Below are positions 13,901 through 25,551 of a stretch of 64,000 nt of DNA, one piece after another. The stretch is from Macrostomum hystrix (taxonomy: Eukaryota > Animalia > Platyhelminthes): contig CATNEN010000031.1 of NCBI GenBank assembly GCA_950097015.1, positions 2,418,001 to 2,482,000 of the forward strand. Direction: 5' to 3'. The notes beneath the pieces are model-generated. The model saw only the letters and a program-made list of their open reading frames with translations, was not told the origin of the DNA and made no database searches. The translations under genes were made by a program, and so were the position numbers. Every line of letters starts with the position of its first letter. Positions within the stretch are counted from its first letter, which is position 1.

Positions 13901-14007
13901 TTGCCACATCCAAGCTGCAGCAGTACGCTAGTGACCTGTACGCTAATTTATTTCCGCAACCTAGTTCCGAGACGCCGCACCTGCTTGTGGTCGTCACAAC
14001 TGTGTGA
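4911..14007 (+). CDS. SPEN: SPEN/split ends (SHARP/MINT) ortholog: 4 RRMs, low-complexity middle, C-terminal SPOC domain; about 1586 aa
   Basis: Exons 4911-4993, 6153-6362, 6463-6519, 8167-8243, 8903-9237, 9657-10087, 10233-10364, 10457-10684, 10800-14007, all GT-AG with consistent phases (4761 nt). N-terminus MKEETCYLWISQLPPNV..SYG matches SPEN RRM1 (MVRETRHLWVGNLPENV..RYG); RRM2-4 match; SPOC LLRKYPVKWQGRLALKND..AQRMRLE..YLQEKQAAGIVNV. Confidence 0.93.
9275..9510. repeat. 29-bp minisatellite in SPEN intron 5 (GCGATGACCTAATGATGGGACAGATGTTA)n
   Basis: About 8 tandem copies. Confidence 0.93.
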
Positions 14008-14276
14008 CTCGCCTAGCGACCCGATCCCGTCCCATGTTACCTTTGTTCTCTGTTCTTAAAATTGTGTTTGTGTTTGTACCGACATCGTATATCCACCTTT
14101 TTCCTTCCGTTCTTCTATCTCCTATCTCTATTCTTTTTCTGTGTATCTGTCTCCTATTCTCACTCCGATCTCCCCGCGACCCACCCTGGCAGCCAGTTAG
14201 ATGCGGAATTACCGTTCATTCTTTAGATTTCTGCGCGACCAGTTTTTTGTTCTCTTCTTGTTCAGCTTTGTGATTT

Positions 14277-14282
14277 AATAAA
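14277..14282 (+). terminator. Probable SPEN polyadenylation signal AATAAA
   Basis: Canonical hexamer 270 nt after the stop codon, following a pyrimidine-rich 3'UTR. Confidence 0.55.
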
Positions 14283-15996
14283 ATTGCACCTGTTCTTGTA
14301 CATACCTTAGGATTTGATTGTTCTCCTTTTTGTACAACTAATTAACTATCCAGGCCATGTCAGCTGTACATTTCTCAAAGGTGAATAACAAAAGCGCAAA
14401 TACAAACTCTCATCCTGCAAAATCTGTCTTCTTTGGATTGAAAACCTGCGTGGCTTGAGTTTGCTCGGATTATCCTTTTTGTCCTCTCGTGCTTAGAGCT
14501 GTAGTACAGTTTCGGAATTCCAGGTGGATTAGCATGAGCAGTAGAATTACTCAAGTTAACGCGGCCACGCCCTGTTTTATTATATAATCAATATTTGCCG
14601 GATGTGCAGCTAAGCTTCAGATGATAATCCGCAGTGTATCCTGCGAAATGCTTCGGTTTACAGTGATATTTTGTTCTTTGTACTTGTGAATGTGCTCACT
14701 ACTAATACGTATACAACTTCAAAGGAGATTATGCTCACAATTGAAGATCGGTGTTAAAAGAAGATCAGCTTGTAAAAAAGTATTAAAAACAAAGTTTTAA
14801 GAAAAGCCATGTTCATGTTGGTGGTTTAAAGACGTTGGGGTCGTGCTATAAGGCTTTGGCATAAAAAGTTTGCAATCTTTAGCTCCTAACTCGGCAGTGT
14901 ACATTTCATCCCCTTTGTTTAAAACTAAGGGAATCGCAACGCTAGCTTTATGTATTGGCTATTCGTTAATTCGTAAATTCGCGAATCTACATCACAAGTT
15001 TGCCTTAGTTCAAAGTATCCCATTAAAACAGCGTGTTCAATATGGAACGTAAGTATTCTTCGATTTCTTAAAGGAAAGGCGAGAAAATTATAGTAGTTGT
15101 CGTTCGCTCTTTTTTCGGATGCTGAATAACTATATACTTTCATTTTACATGACAAACTTTAGCATTGCTAGTTGAGAGTATCGCATTAGGATTTTAGTAT
15201 TTGTGGTCCTTAACTCACCCTGTCTTTACCGTCTTTTTCCGACCGGAATTTAACAGGACAGTGACGCACACAAACTTCAGACAATAGAATGGCTGTACAA
15301 TTACCTAAAATACAATGCTCGTTTTAAATGATACTTTAGTAATGAAAGCATCTCAATAGCACTCGACAGGCATTCTAAAAAGGATGTCAATATAATCAGT
15401 AAATGGCATGAAGCCATCTTAAAATAGTTTCTAACATTGAAACTAATTATTCCGCATTTTTTTACCAGCAGCAGTAAAACTAACTCTCTAAGTAGGGCAA
15501 AAGCCTAAGCATTAGAAAGAAGTTAACTTATGTGCTACGAAACCAGCTAACGGTAGAGTAGCCTTTTACATATTTTTTTAATTTTTTTATGACTTAGAAT
15601 TGTTAAATAGTCACGACAGTTTTAAAATACTTGTAGAGTTGCACACCAAGTTGACTGTACGTTAATTCGATAATTTGCTTTAAATGTTATATGGATTAAT
15701 CAAAAGCATTCTACAGAACAGTACACGTTATCATAGTTTTTATTTTTGCTAAATTGTTGAAGACTAATCAATCTTAAAGTGTGGTTTTGAGATAAAGGCT
15801 ATTTTACTAATACTCTACTAATTAGTTATTCATTCCATGGTCTTTATTTCTCTTATTTAGAGTTTCGCTATCCGTGAGATTTCTGGTAGTAGGTTCTTAA
15901 GAACATAATTTGCCAGCTAATCTGTTGTTTTTAATGCACCGTAGCCTAATCCCATAAAATTTAATAAAATAAATCATTAATAAGTTCTCGTTCTCT

Positions 15997-18900
15997 ATGA
16001 CTTCTACAGATCAGCCCACAGAGAACTATACATACAATTCAGTTGTAAATGCAATAGGAGCCTTGTATAATGCGGGCGACTATGGTCAACTTACAAGCGA
16101 AAGTGCTTCACAGTGGCTAGATGGCTTTCAGAAGTCTGTAAGTTCCTAATAATAGCTTAACAGTCAAGCATTTATTTCCTTTAATTTTATTGACAATTTA
16201 GATTGGCATGCATTACTATACTGTATACTAATACTAAATCATTGCATTATAATTAAGTTTTTGTATGTTACCTAAAGTATTACTTATTTCTTTAGGGAAC
16301 TCAATCAGTAACAAAGAATTATTTACTTTTACTTTTAAGGGATTACACATTTTACGCTGACACTTTAGATTTGGAAGATTTGCCAAAACAAAACATTTCC
16401 ATTGCAAAATGTACAAGAGAATATTCCAGCATAGGACACCTTCCTGAATATGGTAAATAAAAAAGGTATATATATGTATTTAGTTTATATAGAATTTGTT
16501 TATTACACTGACAATTTCCTAGCCAAATATTCAAAGATATATATTATATCAGCTTCAAACAGGATCAATGTCCTGAGAATCAGCTGTATAGATATCATAC
16601 ATGCGCAACACCCGGCCGACCTGGCCCGAACTGGCTGGGTGAAACAAGGGCCAAGCAAGGTAAGTCACAAAAACCAATTCGACCAAGTGCAAAAAAATCA
16701 AAGGGGGACCAAGGGAGAAAAAAGGAAGGCGTGAAGAAAAGGAAAAGGGGGAGAGAAAAAGAGAGCAAATGAGAGCAAACTAAGTCATAAATAGAGCAAT
16801 GAAACGAACTAAGTCGCAAATAAGAGCAAAAACTAAGTCGCACGGCCAGCTAAGATTTTGGAGGTTGCGCATGTATGATAGATATCCTAGACATTATTAG
16901 CACAGAACTATGGATAATATCAAAATTATCTGAGGATAAACAGTGCCTATAGTTTAACAGAAACATATCAGGGTATATTAAAGATTGCAAAGCAAGTTTA
17001 AGTATAACCATTTTTTGGTTAAGACCATTGAAATTTATTCTCTGTTTATTTATAACATATTATAATTGCCACAGATTATAAGACAAAAACTAAATGTGAT
17101 AGTATATTAACTAGTCAATATATATATAAAGTTTTCAGGAGTTTATATTATCCTATGCTTCTGATTTTACACTTTTTAACTAGCACTTTATATCCCTTTC
17201 CATGGAGCTAGATGCTTTATATATTGTCATTAATATACTAAAGTTTAAGTATTATTAACCAAACTTACTTATTTATAATAAAAACAAAAAGCACTATCAG
17301 TATATGCTAATAACAAATTAAAATTAATGATTTGTTGGTAATGAATAATTTCAAAAGAAACCTTTTATTATGTTAAATTTCGTACAATAAAAATATATGA
17401 TGTCACAAAAAGCAAAGCAAAATGAAACTGTGCTTGATTTCTACTTTACTATTTATTTAAATGTTAAATCTACATGTTATACTTATAAGATGCTGATACT
17501 TAAAAGTTCTCTTTTTATTTTACTTTATTAAGTATTGATTTTGCTCTTTTATTTTCCCAATAACTTTTTTGCTATTGATTTTAGTGCAATTAAAACATTT
17601 TGAATTAAGGTAATTAACACTATTTGCCAAGGTTCTCTAAGAATATTGTATGAATAGTAATTTACTCATTATTGATATACATATTATTAGATTCTAGATG
17701 CTTAGTAAATGTGCTATGTTGTTTAAACAGTTTAAAAATATATAAGATATGCTAGGTGTCTGACTCATATGTATCATTGTTTTTATGCTTGATAGCACCA
17801 GTGCACATAGTATAATTTTTTACATCACCCAGATTTCTCATATACTGTTACTAGTATCTGATGCTTGTGATTTTTATTGTCCTTTTGTGATAGCTATAAG
17901 AGAGAAGGTTTTTGTTGTTACTTAAGTTTTTAAATAAATTCTCACAAAACATTTTACTTAATAAAATCAAATATCAGTAAAGTTCTGCATTATCATTAAT
18001 TTTAGATTTACTCCTGGCAGATTTGCAATGACATCCTGCAGCATAGCACCGATTTGAATTGTTGCTACTTCGCTGCTCAGACTATGCGCTCTAAGGTTCT
18101 TGAAACTGGCTTTGATATTTTTTTGCAAAATTAAGTGTGCCTTAGTGGCTTCAATAATATAAGATAAAAATATCTTTACAATTCCAGATTAAACACCAAT
18201 TTCATGAGCTGCCTCCTAATACACATCATGTAAGCAGCGCTTGATAGAACATTTGGTAGTTAATATAATTACTAACTGTCGTCTAGTGTTATATAGCAAA
18301 CTCCCAGTAAAGTAAAACAAGGGATTTACGTTTTTTATAGATATAGAACATACGAAAAATATACTGTGTTTAAGAGCTCTGCAAAGGTAACGAAATTAGA
18401 AAAAAATTAATATTAACCAAGCCGCATCTTCTACTAGCCAGTAGTATGTCACAACACAAGCAACTCTTTCATCAACCCGCAGGACCTGAAGGCGTCACTG
18501 TTTGGCCATCTGAACAATCGCAGCCGCGCCGCGCCCCAAGTGGTCACGCAGCTCTGCCTGGCCATAGCCGACCTGGCACTGCAGATGGTGCAGTGGCGCA
18601 ATTCGCTGCAGGAGATCATTGTCACACTGTCCAGGGACAGTCAGCTAATGGAGAATCTGCTAGAGATTCTGTTTGTCATGCCGGAGGAGATTAATAATAA
18701 GTCCCTGCGGCTCGGTCAGAACAGGCGCCAAGAACTGACTGGCGAGTGGGATCAGCAGCGAATCGAACTGTTGGACTTCTTTGTAAATAATTTTCTTGTC
18801 TTTTTCTACATTTAAACTCTAGATTTACAAATCTACTTAGTCGTTGACCATTGAGTGTGTACTGAATTATATACAAAAAATAATCTTTTTCATGCCAGTT

Positions 18901-21900
18901 TACGGCTGTTCAGTGCATGGACTGGGAGGACTTCAAAACCTACCCTGAATTACCTTAGCGAATGCTGAGTACCCATTGAACCCAACATGAGGTCACAGTT
19001 GGGTGACCTGAAGCAATGCAGAGTTGAGGGTCTTGCTAGGGGACACAAATTGTTCTACTGGAGTCTGGAATCGAACCCCCGACCTTCAAGTCGTGAGTCC
19101 GTCGCTCTAACCCCTAGGCTACAACCCCCTCTAAAACTGAGGAGGCCGCAAACTGAAACCCATTGGGCTTAAATTTGAACTCCTGGCCTATCAGTCAGGG
19201 AGGTCCGAAGCTCTAACTACAAGCTTCCTCATGGCAAATCCCAAACCAGGCCACCTGCCTTAGCCAATACGAGTCGGCTGGCAACTGGAAGCTGGTTGGC
19301 AAAGTCCTGGGCGCATTCGGTCAATGGTGGTCTGTTGGCCTCTTCGCCGACGCCGATTTTGTTGAACAGCGCCGAAAGGATCTGCTGTTGGCGCCATTTC
19401 GCTTCATCGCCAACCGGAGCGGCCAGTCCGAGTCTGACGCCGAGGCCACCCATACTGCCGCAGCCGAGTGCCTTTGCTCCGCCTTCTACGCTACTGAAGC
19501 GGTGGACTTATTTCCCACTGTGGTGCCGGCCTTGGTTGAGGCGGCGATGCACCTGGAGCCGGTCTACCAGGCTAGCGTAGCCGCCCAAGATGCGTCCAGG
19601 TGAGAGACGAGCTGTACCCGTTGAATGCGCGAGCAGTTTTACCTATATGATAATGGGCTGACTACTAAGATAAGAGATCCAGTTATAGGTAGGCAGACTG
19701 AGGAGGGAATTGAACAGGTAGGCAGACTGAGCAGGGAATTGAACAGGTAGGCAGACTGAGCAGGGAATTGAACAGGTAGGCAGACTGAGCAGGGAATTGA
19801 ACAGGTAGGCAGACTGAGCAGGGAATTGAACAGGTAGGCAGACTGAGCAGGGAATTGAACAGTTAGGCAGACTGAGCAGGGAATTGAACAGTTAGGCAGA
19901 CTGAGCAGGGAATTGAACAGTTAGGCAGACTGAGCAGGGAATTGAACAGTTAGGCAGACTGAGCAGGGAATTGAACAGTTAGGCAGACTGAGCAGGGAGT
20001 TGAACAGTTAGGCAGACTGAGCAGGGAATTGAAAAAAAGTAGTCTGTGGTAAAGAAGGCGGTGTAGTTTGATATCGCCACATTTATCATTCTGTTTATAA
20101 ATTTATAAAGTGCATGTTACAGATAGAAGCAATTTCGTGCTGCTCTAGGTGCATCAGCATCTGCCGAGTGTGGTCCGACATGGCCCAGTCTCTAATTCCG
20201 AAGCTAACACAGGAGCCGGATATCGGCCTAGGCTCGCTACGGTCCGTTGATCTCCTTCTAACAGTTGTGGGCCATCCGTCTCGCGAGCTGGCGGAGTACA
20301 CCCTGTCATTCTGGTACTCGTTCGCCTTGGCCGTGTCAACCAGCAAATCCAAGGAGTTGTTCAAGCCCTACATGGAACGTGTCGTAGTCGCACTAGTCAA
20401 GCACTGCCAGTGGGCTTCGCCGGACTCATCCAGCGAGGATCCAGACCGGGATACTAGCGGATTTCACGAGTTTCGCGATCGGGTCACGGAGCTACTGGAG
20501 GATGTGCTCTACTTGGTGGAGCCGGAGCGACTGCTGTGCACTGTGAGTTTCTCATTTGATATTTAGACATTCAAAACGACTAGGGCATGTTGAACATCAC
20601 CAGGCAGTGTTTACACTCACGAACCTAGACCCATGCCATTGCGCCAGTGACTTTTCCAATATTCTGTTATCTTAAGTGGCCAAGTGTACTTTCCAGAGCG
20701 AGATTGGAGAAATTCGCAACCCAGTGTGTATAGAGTGCTGGTGTCGCCCGTTGAAGGTCCCGAAGCTCTGCCTTGGTGCCAATGTCGAGATGATGCAGAC
20801 ACACTTCGCCAAAAATGCTATTAAAATTAAATTGCTTGGCGAAGCTGTGCATGAATGCATTAGGGCTTTTGAGAGTATTCGAAATTCTTGAATTTCATGT
20901 TGTTTCGTTAGGGACATTGTAGACAATAAAAAGAACGCGTCGTTATTTCAAATACCCACATCTTCTTCCATATCCCAAAATTTAAACCAATCGCCATGAA
21001 AATCCAAAACACGGGTTAAAATTTTTATTTATGTTACCGTGTCGGCTATAAACCGTTGGCCATATATTATACAGAGAACGTTAGTTGTCCACATCACATC
21101 TAAAATAAAAATCAACACATCCATTGCATACCTACCGCTACCAGATGTTTCATCTGTTAAAAGAATTCGAAGGCTGCGCCTCGGCAGACTGGCGCCTGAC
21201 GGAATCTGTACTATTCCTGCTGTGCATAATTATTAGCGAAGTGTCCACGTGAGCAACAGTAACCTTATTTTTTTAATTTGTCCTTGGTTTCTTTAGTTCC
21301 TTGGATTCGAGCCACGACTTCAAATCATGCTTCACTTTCGCAGGCAAGAGAATCAGGTCACGCCGCAGCTGCTGCAAGCCGTCCTGTCGCTGCCGCCAGA
21401 CTCTACCCCGACTCCTCTGCAGCTGACCGGGCTTAGCTTCTTGGGCAAGATGGCCGTGTGGGTCAACTGTCATCAGGAGTTCCTAGGCGCCGTGTTTCCC
21501 GTGCTGCTCAATGCGCTTAGCAACCCGGCTCTAGCCAGCACGTCAGCCTCGGCGCTGGGCCAGTACTGCACCTTCTGCAAGGCTCAGATGCAGAGCCAGT
21601 TCGTAGGTCTGCTGCAGGTGGCCGAGACCTTGCCTAACACGGCCGGATTGAAGCCGGATGCCGCTCAGGTAAGTTTGTCATTGTGAGTTTGAGTTCTGCT
21701 CAAATAATCTTTGTCCAAGGTCTACCAGGCTCTTTTGTAGCATTTCGCTCTAGCAACTTCATCATGCCCCTAAATTCAAGCTGGCTCTCTCTCAGATCCT
21801 CACATTCACACTGGCTCTCTCAGATCCTCACATTCACACTGGCTCTCTCAGATCCTCACATTCACACTGGCTCTCTCAGATCCTCACATTCACACTGGCT

Positions 21901-24023
21901 CTCTCAGATCCTCACATTCACACTGGCTCTCTCTCAGATCCTCACATTCACACTGGCTCTCTCTCAGATCCTCACATTCACACTGGCTCTCTTTCAGATC
22001 CCCACATTCACACTGGCTCTCTCCCAGATCCTCACATTCACACTGGCTCTCTCTCAGATCCTCACATTCACACTGGCTCTCTCTCAGATCCTCACATTCA
22101 CACTGGCTCTCTCTCAGATCCTCACATTCACACTGGCTCTCTCTCAGATCCTCACATTCAAGCTGGCTCTCTCTCAGATCCTCACATTCACACTGGCTCT
22201 CTCTCAGATCCTCACATTCACACTGGCTCTCTCTCAGATCCTCACATTCACACTGGCTCTCTCTCAGATCCTCACGTTCACACTGGCTCTCTCTCAGATT
22301 CTCACATTCACACTGGCTCTCTCTCAGATCCTCACATTCACACTGGCTCTCTCTCAGATCCTCACATTCACACTGGCTCTCTCTCAGATCCTCACATTCA
22401 CACTGGCTCTCTCCCAGATCCTCACATTCACACTGGCTCTCTCCCAGATCCTCACATTCACACTGGCTCTCTCCCAGATCCTCACATTCAAGCTCGCTCT
22501 CTCCCAGATCCTCACATTCAAGCTGGCTCTCTCCCAGATCCTCACATTCAAGCTGGCTCTCTCCCAGATCCTCACATTCAAGCTCGCTCTCTCCCAGATC
22601 CTCATATTCAAGCTGGCTCTCTCCCAGCTCCTCACAGTCGAGCTGACTAGCTCCCCAGATTTCTCAGATCCATGATTTTCCAATTACCAGATCTCGAAGC
22701 TCCTTATTTCTTAAATCCAAGATCTAAAAACATATTTGATCTACTAGATCCTAAAGTTAAACGATGGCTTTATACCCCACCTATGCAGGAGCTGCTGCGC
22801 GGCATCACCCAGGTGCTAAGCAGACTGTCCAGCGACCAGGAGATGACAGCCGGCCTTCAGAGACTCTGCAATGTTCAGGTGGCCGGATTGGAAGCTGCAT
22901 TGGCTGCGCGCTCCTCAGCTGGTAACCGCGGCGGCGGCTGCAGCGGTGGCAACTGCTGCGGACCCGCGGCCGGCAAAGCCAACCCGGTGCCCTGGCTAGA
23001 CTGCCTGGCCACGCTATTCAAGGAGTTTCATCCGTATTCGCCAGATTCGCCGGACCAGCACCCGGGCCTGCCAGTGATGCGAGAAGTCTGGCCATCGCTT
23101 GAACGCACCCTGGCCGCATTTCCTAACTGTATGCGCGTGGTGGAGCACACTTGTCGGGTAATTCGCTATCAAGTAAGTAAATTTCTATAGATTAACTACG
23201 CTTGTGCTTATTCACTTGTGTTCTGGCTTCTAGTTGAGCATTAAAAAACATCAACACCCAACCCGCCCAGGTGCGCTGCCTGCGTCGATCGTGCGCTCCC
23301 CTCCTGCCCCAGCTGGCCGATCGCATCATGCTCAGCTACGCTGCCTGCCCGCACTCCTGCTTCCTCTACCTAGCCGGCATTCTAACCGACGAATTCGGCG
23401 AAGATCCCGTCTGCCAAGTCGGCCTACTGCAGCTCCTGGAGGCCATGATGGGTCCCACTCTGGCCACCCTGGAGAGCGGCCGCGGCCTGGCCCAGAATCC
23501 GGACATGGCCGAGGATCTGTTCCGCCTTTGCACAAGATTCTTGCAGCGCTGTCCCGGCCAGCTGCTGGCCTCCCGCGCCCTGCCCACCATCTGGCAGCTG
23601 GCTCTTGGCAGCCTGGCCGCCGAGCATCGTGACGCTGTAGCCTCAGTCACCAAGTTCCTTCAGGAGCTGCTGCAGCTTGGCCAGCACGATCAGCACAGGG
23701 AGCCGGTGCTGGCCCTGCTATCCGATGCTGAGCAGGGCGGCGCCACCCTCACCAGGGTGCTGGTGCACGCCAGCGTCCTGCAGTTGAGCAGCTATTCTCT
23801 GCCTGACGCTGCTGAAGTGCTTCAGAGCCTTCTGCTACTGGACCAGCGCACCGTAGCCGACTGGATCGGAGCCGCCCTGCATCAGCTGCCCGCAACCCGG
23901 CCAGACGGCCTGGTGCAGGCCACGCCGGAACAGATTCAACACTTTCACCAGACACTCGCCAGCTGTGGCAACGTCAGCGACCTCAGCCGGCAGCTTCAAC
24001 AGCTGGCCCGACTGTTTAAGTAG
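15997..24023 (+). CDS. TNPO3: Transportin-3 (transportin-SR, importin-beta family), about 960 aa
   Basis: Exons 15997-16137, 18006-18095, 18188-18229, 18483-18782, 19250-19599, 20149-20542, 21145-21248, 21344-21668, 22789-23172, 23271-24023 (2883 nt, frame intact). Motifs CYFAAQTM, VTQLCLAIADLALQM, HSCFLYLAGIL, NPDMAEDLFRL, LARLFK match TNPO3. The start codon is the least certain part. Confidence 0.92.
16596..16877. mobile_element. Non-autonomous hAT-type MITE (282 bp) in TNPO3 intron 1
   Basis: Perfect 14-bp TIRs CATACATGCGCAAC / GTTGCGCATGTATG flanked by an identical 8-bp TSD ATAGATAT (16588-16595 and 16878-16885); 8-bp TSDs are typical of hAT. Confidence 0.85.
18895..19131 (-). mobile_element. 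tRNA-derived SINE, 3'-truncated copy in TNPO3 intron 4
   Basis: Reverse complement aligns with the copy at 45905-46233 (TAGCCTAG..GGACTCACGACTTGAAGGTCGGGGGTTCGATTCC..TAGCAAGAC..AATGGGTAC..CCCAGTCCATG). Confidence 0.85.
19687..20033. repeat. 29-bp minisatellite in TNPO3 intron 5 (AGGTAGGCAGACTGAGCAGGGAATTGAAC)n
   Basis: About 12 tandem copies. Confidence 0.95.
21780..22632. repeat. 28-30-bp minisatellite in TNPO3 intron 8 (CACTGGCTCTCTCTCAGATCCTCACATTCA)n
   Basis: About 28 copies; source of the spurious TLALSQILTF ORF. Confidence 0.96.
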
Positions 24024-25008
24024 AATATTTAACCAGTTTAACTGACAGTGCTTCATCAATTGTGTTGCGTCGATTTGCTTTAGAATTAGCCGCGCTAATT
24101 CTTATTTGATCAAAGTAAAATCATCAGTTTTGTTTCAATCTAATTGCTTCATTGATGGCTAATCGTCTTCCATCAGTTTAGCCTAGTTACTAAATCTAAG
24201 TAGTAGTTGCTAACAGTTAGCTTTGACTCAATGCTTCTCAATGATTTCCTAACTCTCACTAATGTAAAATTGCATGCTTGCTGTTGTCCATTTATTTTAT
24301 TAACCTCTCCAATCGCCACCCAGCCTTGCCGTCTCGGCCATTGAGTTAGCTTGTTTTGGTTTTGTCTCACTAATATTTAATCTGCAAATTGAAATTAATT
24401 CGTCAACTATGGTTAGTTTTACATTCAATTTTCTGCTTCCTTGCATGTTTTAGTAATGCCTGATGTTAATTGTGGCTCCTGTGTTGTAATTTGCATATCC
24501 TCATTCATAATTTGCAGCGAGAAAACTTTCCCAGTGATTTACGTAACTAGTTCAAAAACGGATTTAGATAACCGGACTACTTTTCTTCTCTGGCCCCCAT
24601 ACCTTGTACTTTTGTCCCTACTTGCTCTATCTAAATCTGCATTTTCGTTTCCATAACGGCCTGTCTGTCTGCCTGTCAGTCCGACCCTCTATCGTGAATG
24701 GCGCACGCGTCAGTCTCAATCGTTCGTCAACTAATTTCTGTTTAGTTTTTAGTTTCCTTTTGTCACCTTTTGCTACTTACGAGCAACTAATTTACTGACT
24801 GACTAACTGGCTGTAAAATTATAATTCTGCGCGTATTTCAAGCCTGCTGTTCTAAAACAAATCCGAGTGAATATTGAATTTGGCACGAAATAAATCAATT
24901 GATTAAATCGATATTTTAAAGTTGAAGGCCATATCAGATCCTTGACTTAGTCTAATCTGTTCTATCATTTTGTTTAAGTTTTTGAATTTTAGGCACAGGC
25001 TTTTAGGC

Positions 25009-25335
25009 TCACTGCAATCCTAGGTGTCAGCAGTATCTCACTGCAATCCTATGTGTCAGCAGTATCTCACTGCAATCCTATGAGGTGTCAGCAGTGTCTC
25101 ACTGCAATCCTATGAGGTGTCAGCAGTGTCTCTCTGCAATCCTATGAGGTGTCAGCAGTGTCTCACTGCAATCCTATGAGGTGTCAGCAGTGTCTCTCTG
25201 CAATCCTATGAGGTGTCAGCAGTGTCTCACTGCAATCCTAGGAGGTGTCAGCAGTGTTTCACTGCAATCCTATGAGGTGTCAGCAGTGTCTCACTGCAAT
25301 CCTATAAGGTGTCAGCAGTGTCACTACAATCCTAT
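25009..25335. repeat. 32-bp minisatellite (CTGCAATCCTATGAGGTGTCAGCAGTGTCTCA)n
   Basis: About 10 copies between TNPO3 and PLK. Confidence 0.94.
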
Positions 25336-25551
25336 ATGCTGTTAGTACCATTATCAGTTGTATTTCTATTCCAATTTGTACTAATCATTAGTGGGATTGA
25401 ACATAACGGATTTTTTAAGTGAAACATGTAGCTGAGAAGTTCAGTAGACAATGCAGTTTTCCTAGAACAGTGTGCCTTCTATGATTTGCAGCGACAGGCA
25501 GCCGGCAGTAGGGCTAAGCGCCATCAGCGGCCGTCAGCGGTCAATGCAGCC

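Noticed and set aside
19160-19226. Second degenerate tRNA-like head on the minus strand
   Set aside because: Only weak A/B-box similarity; too short to support
21145-21170. Suspected frameshift at the start of TNPO3 exon 7
   Set aside because: On re-reading, ATG TTT CAT CTG TTA AAA GAA is in frame and the total CDS length is divisible by 3
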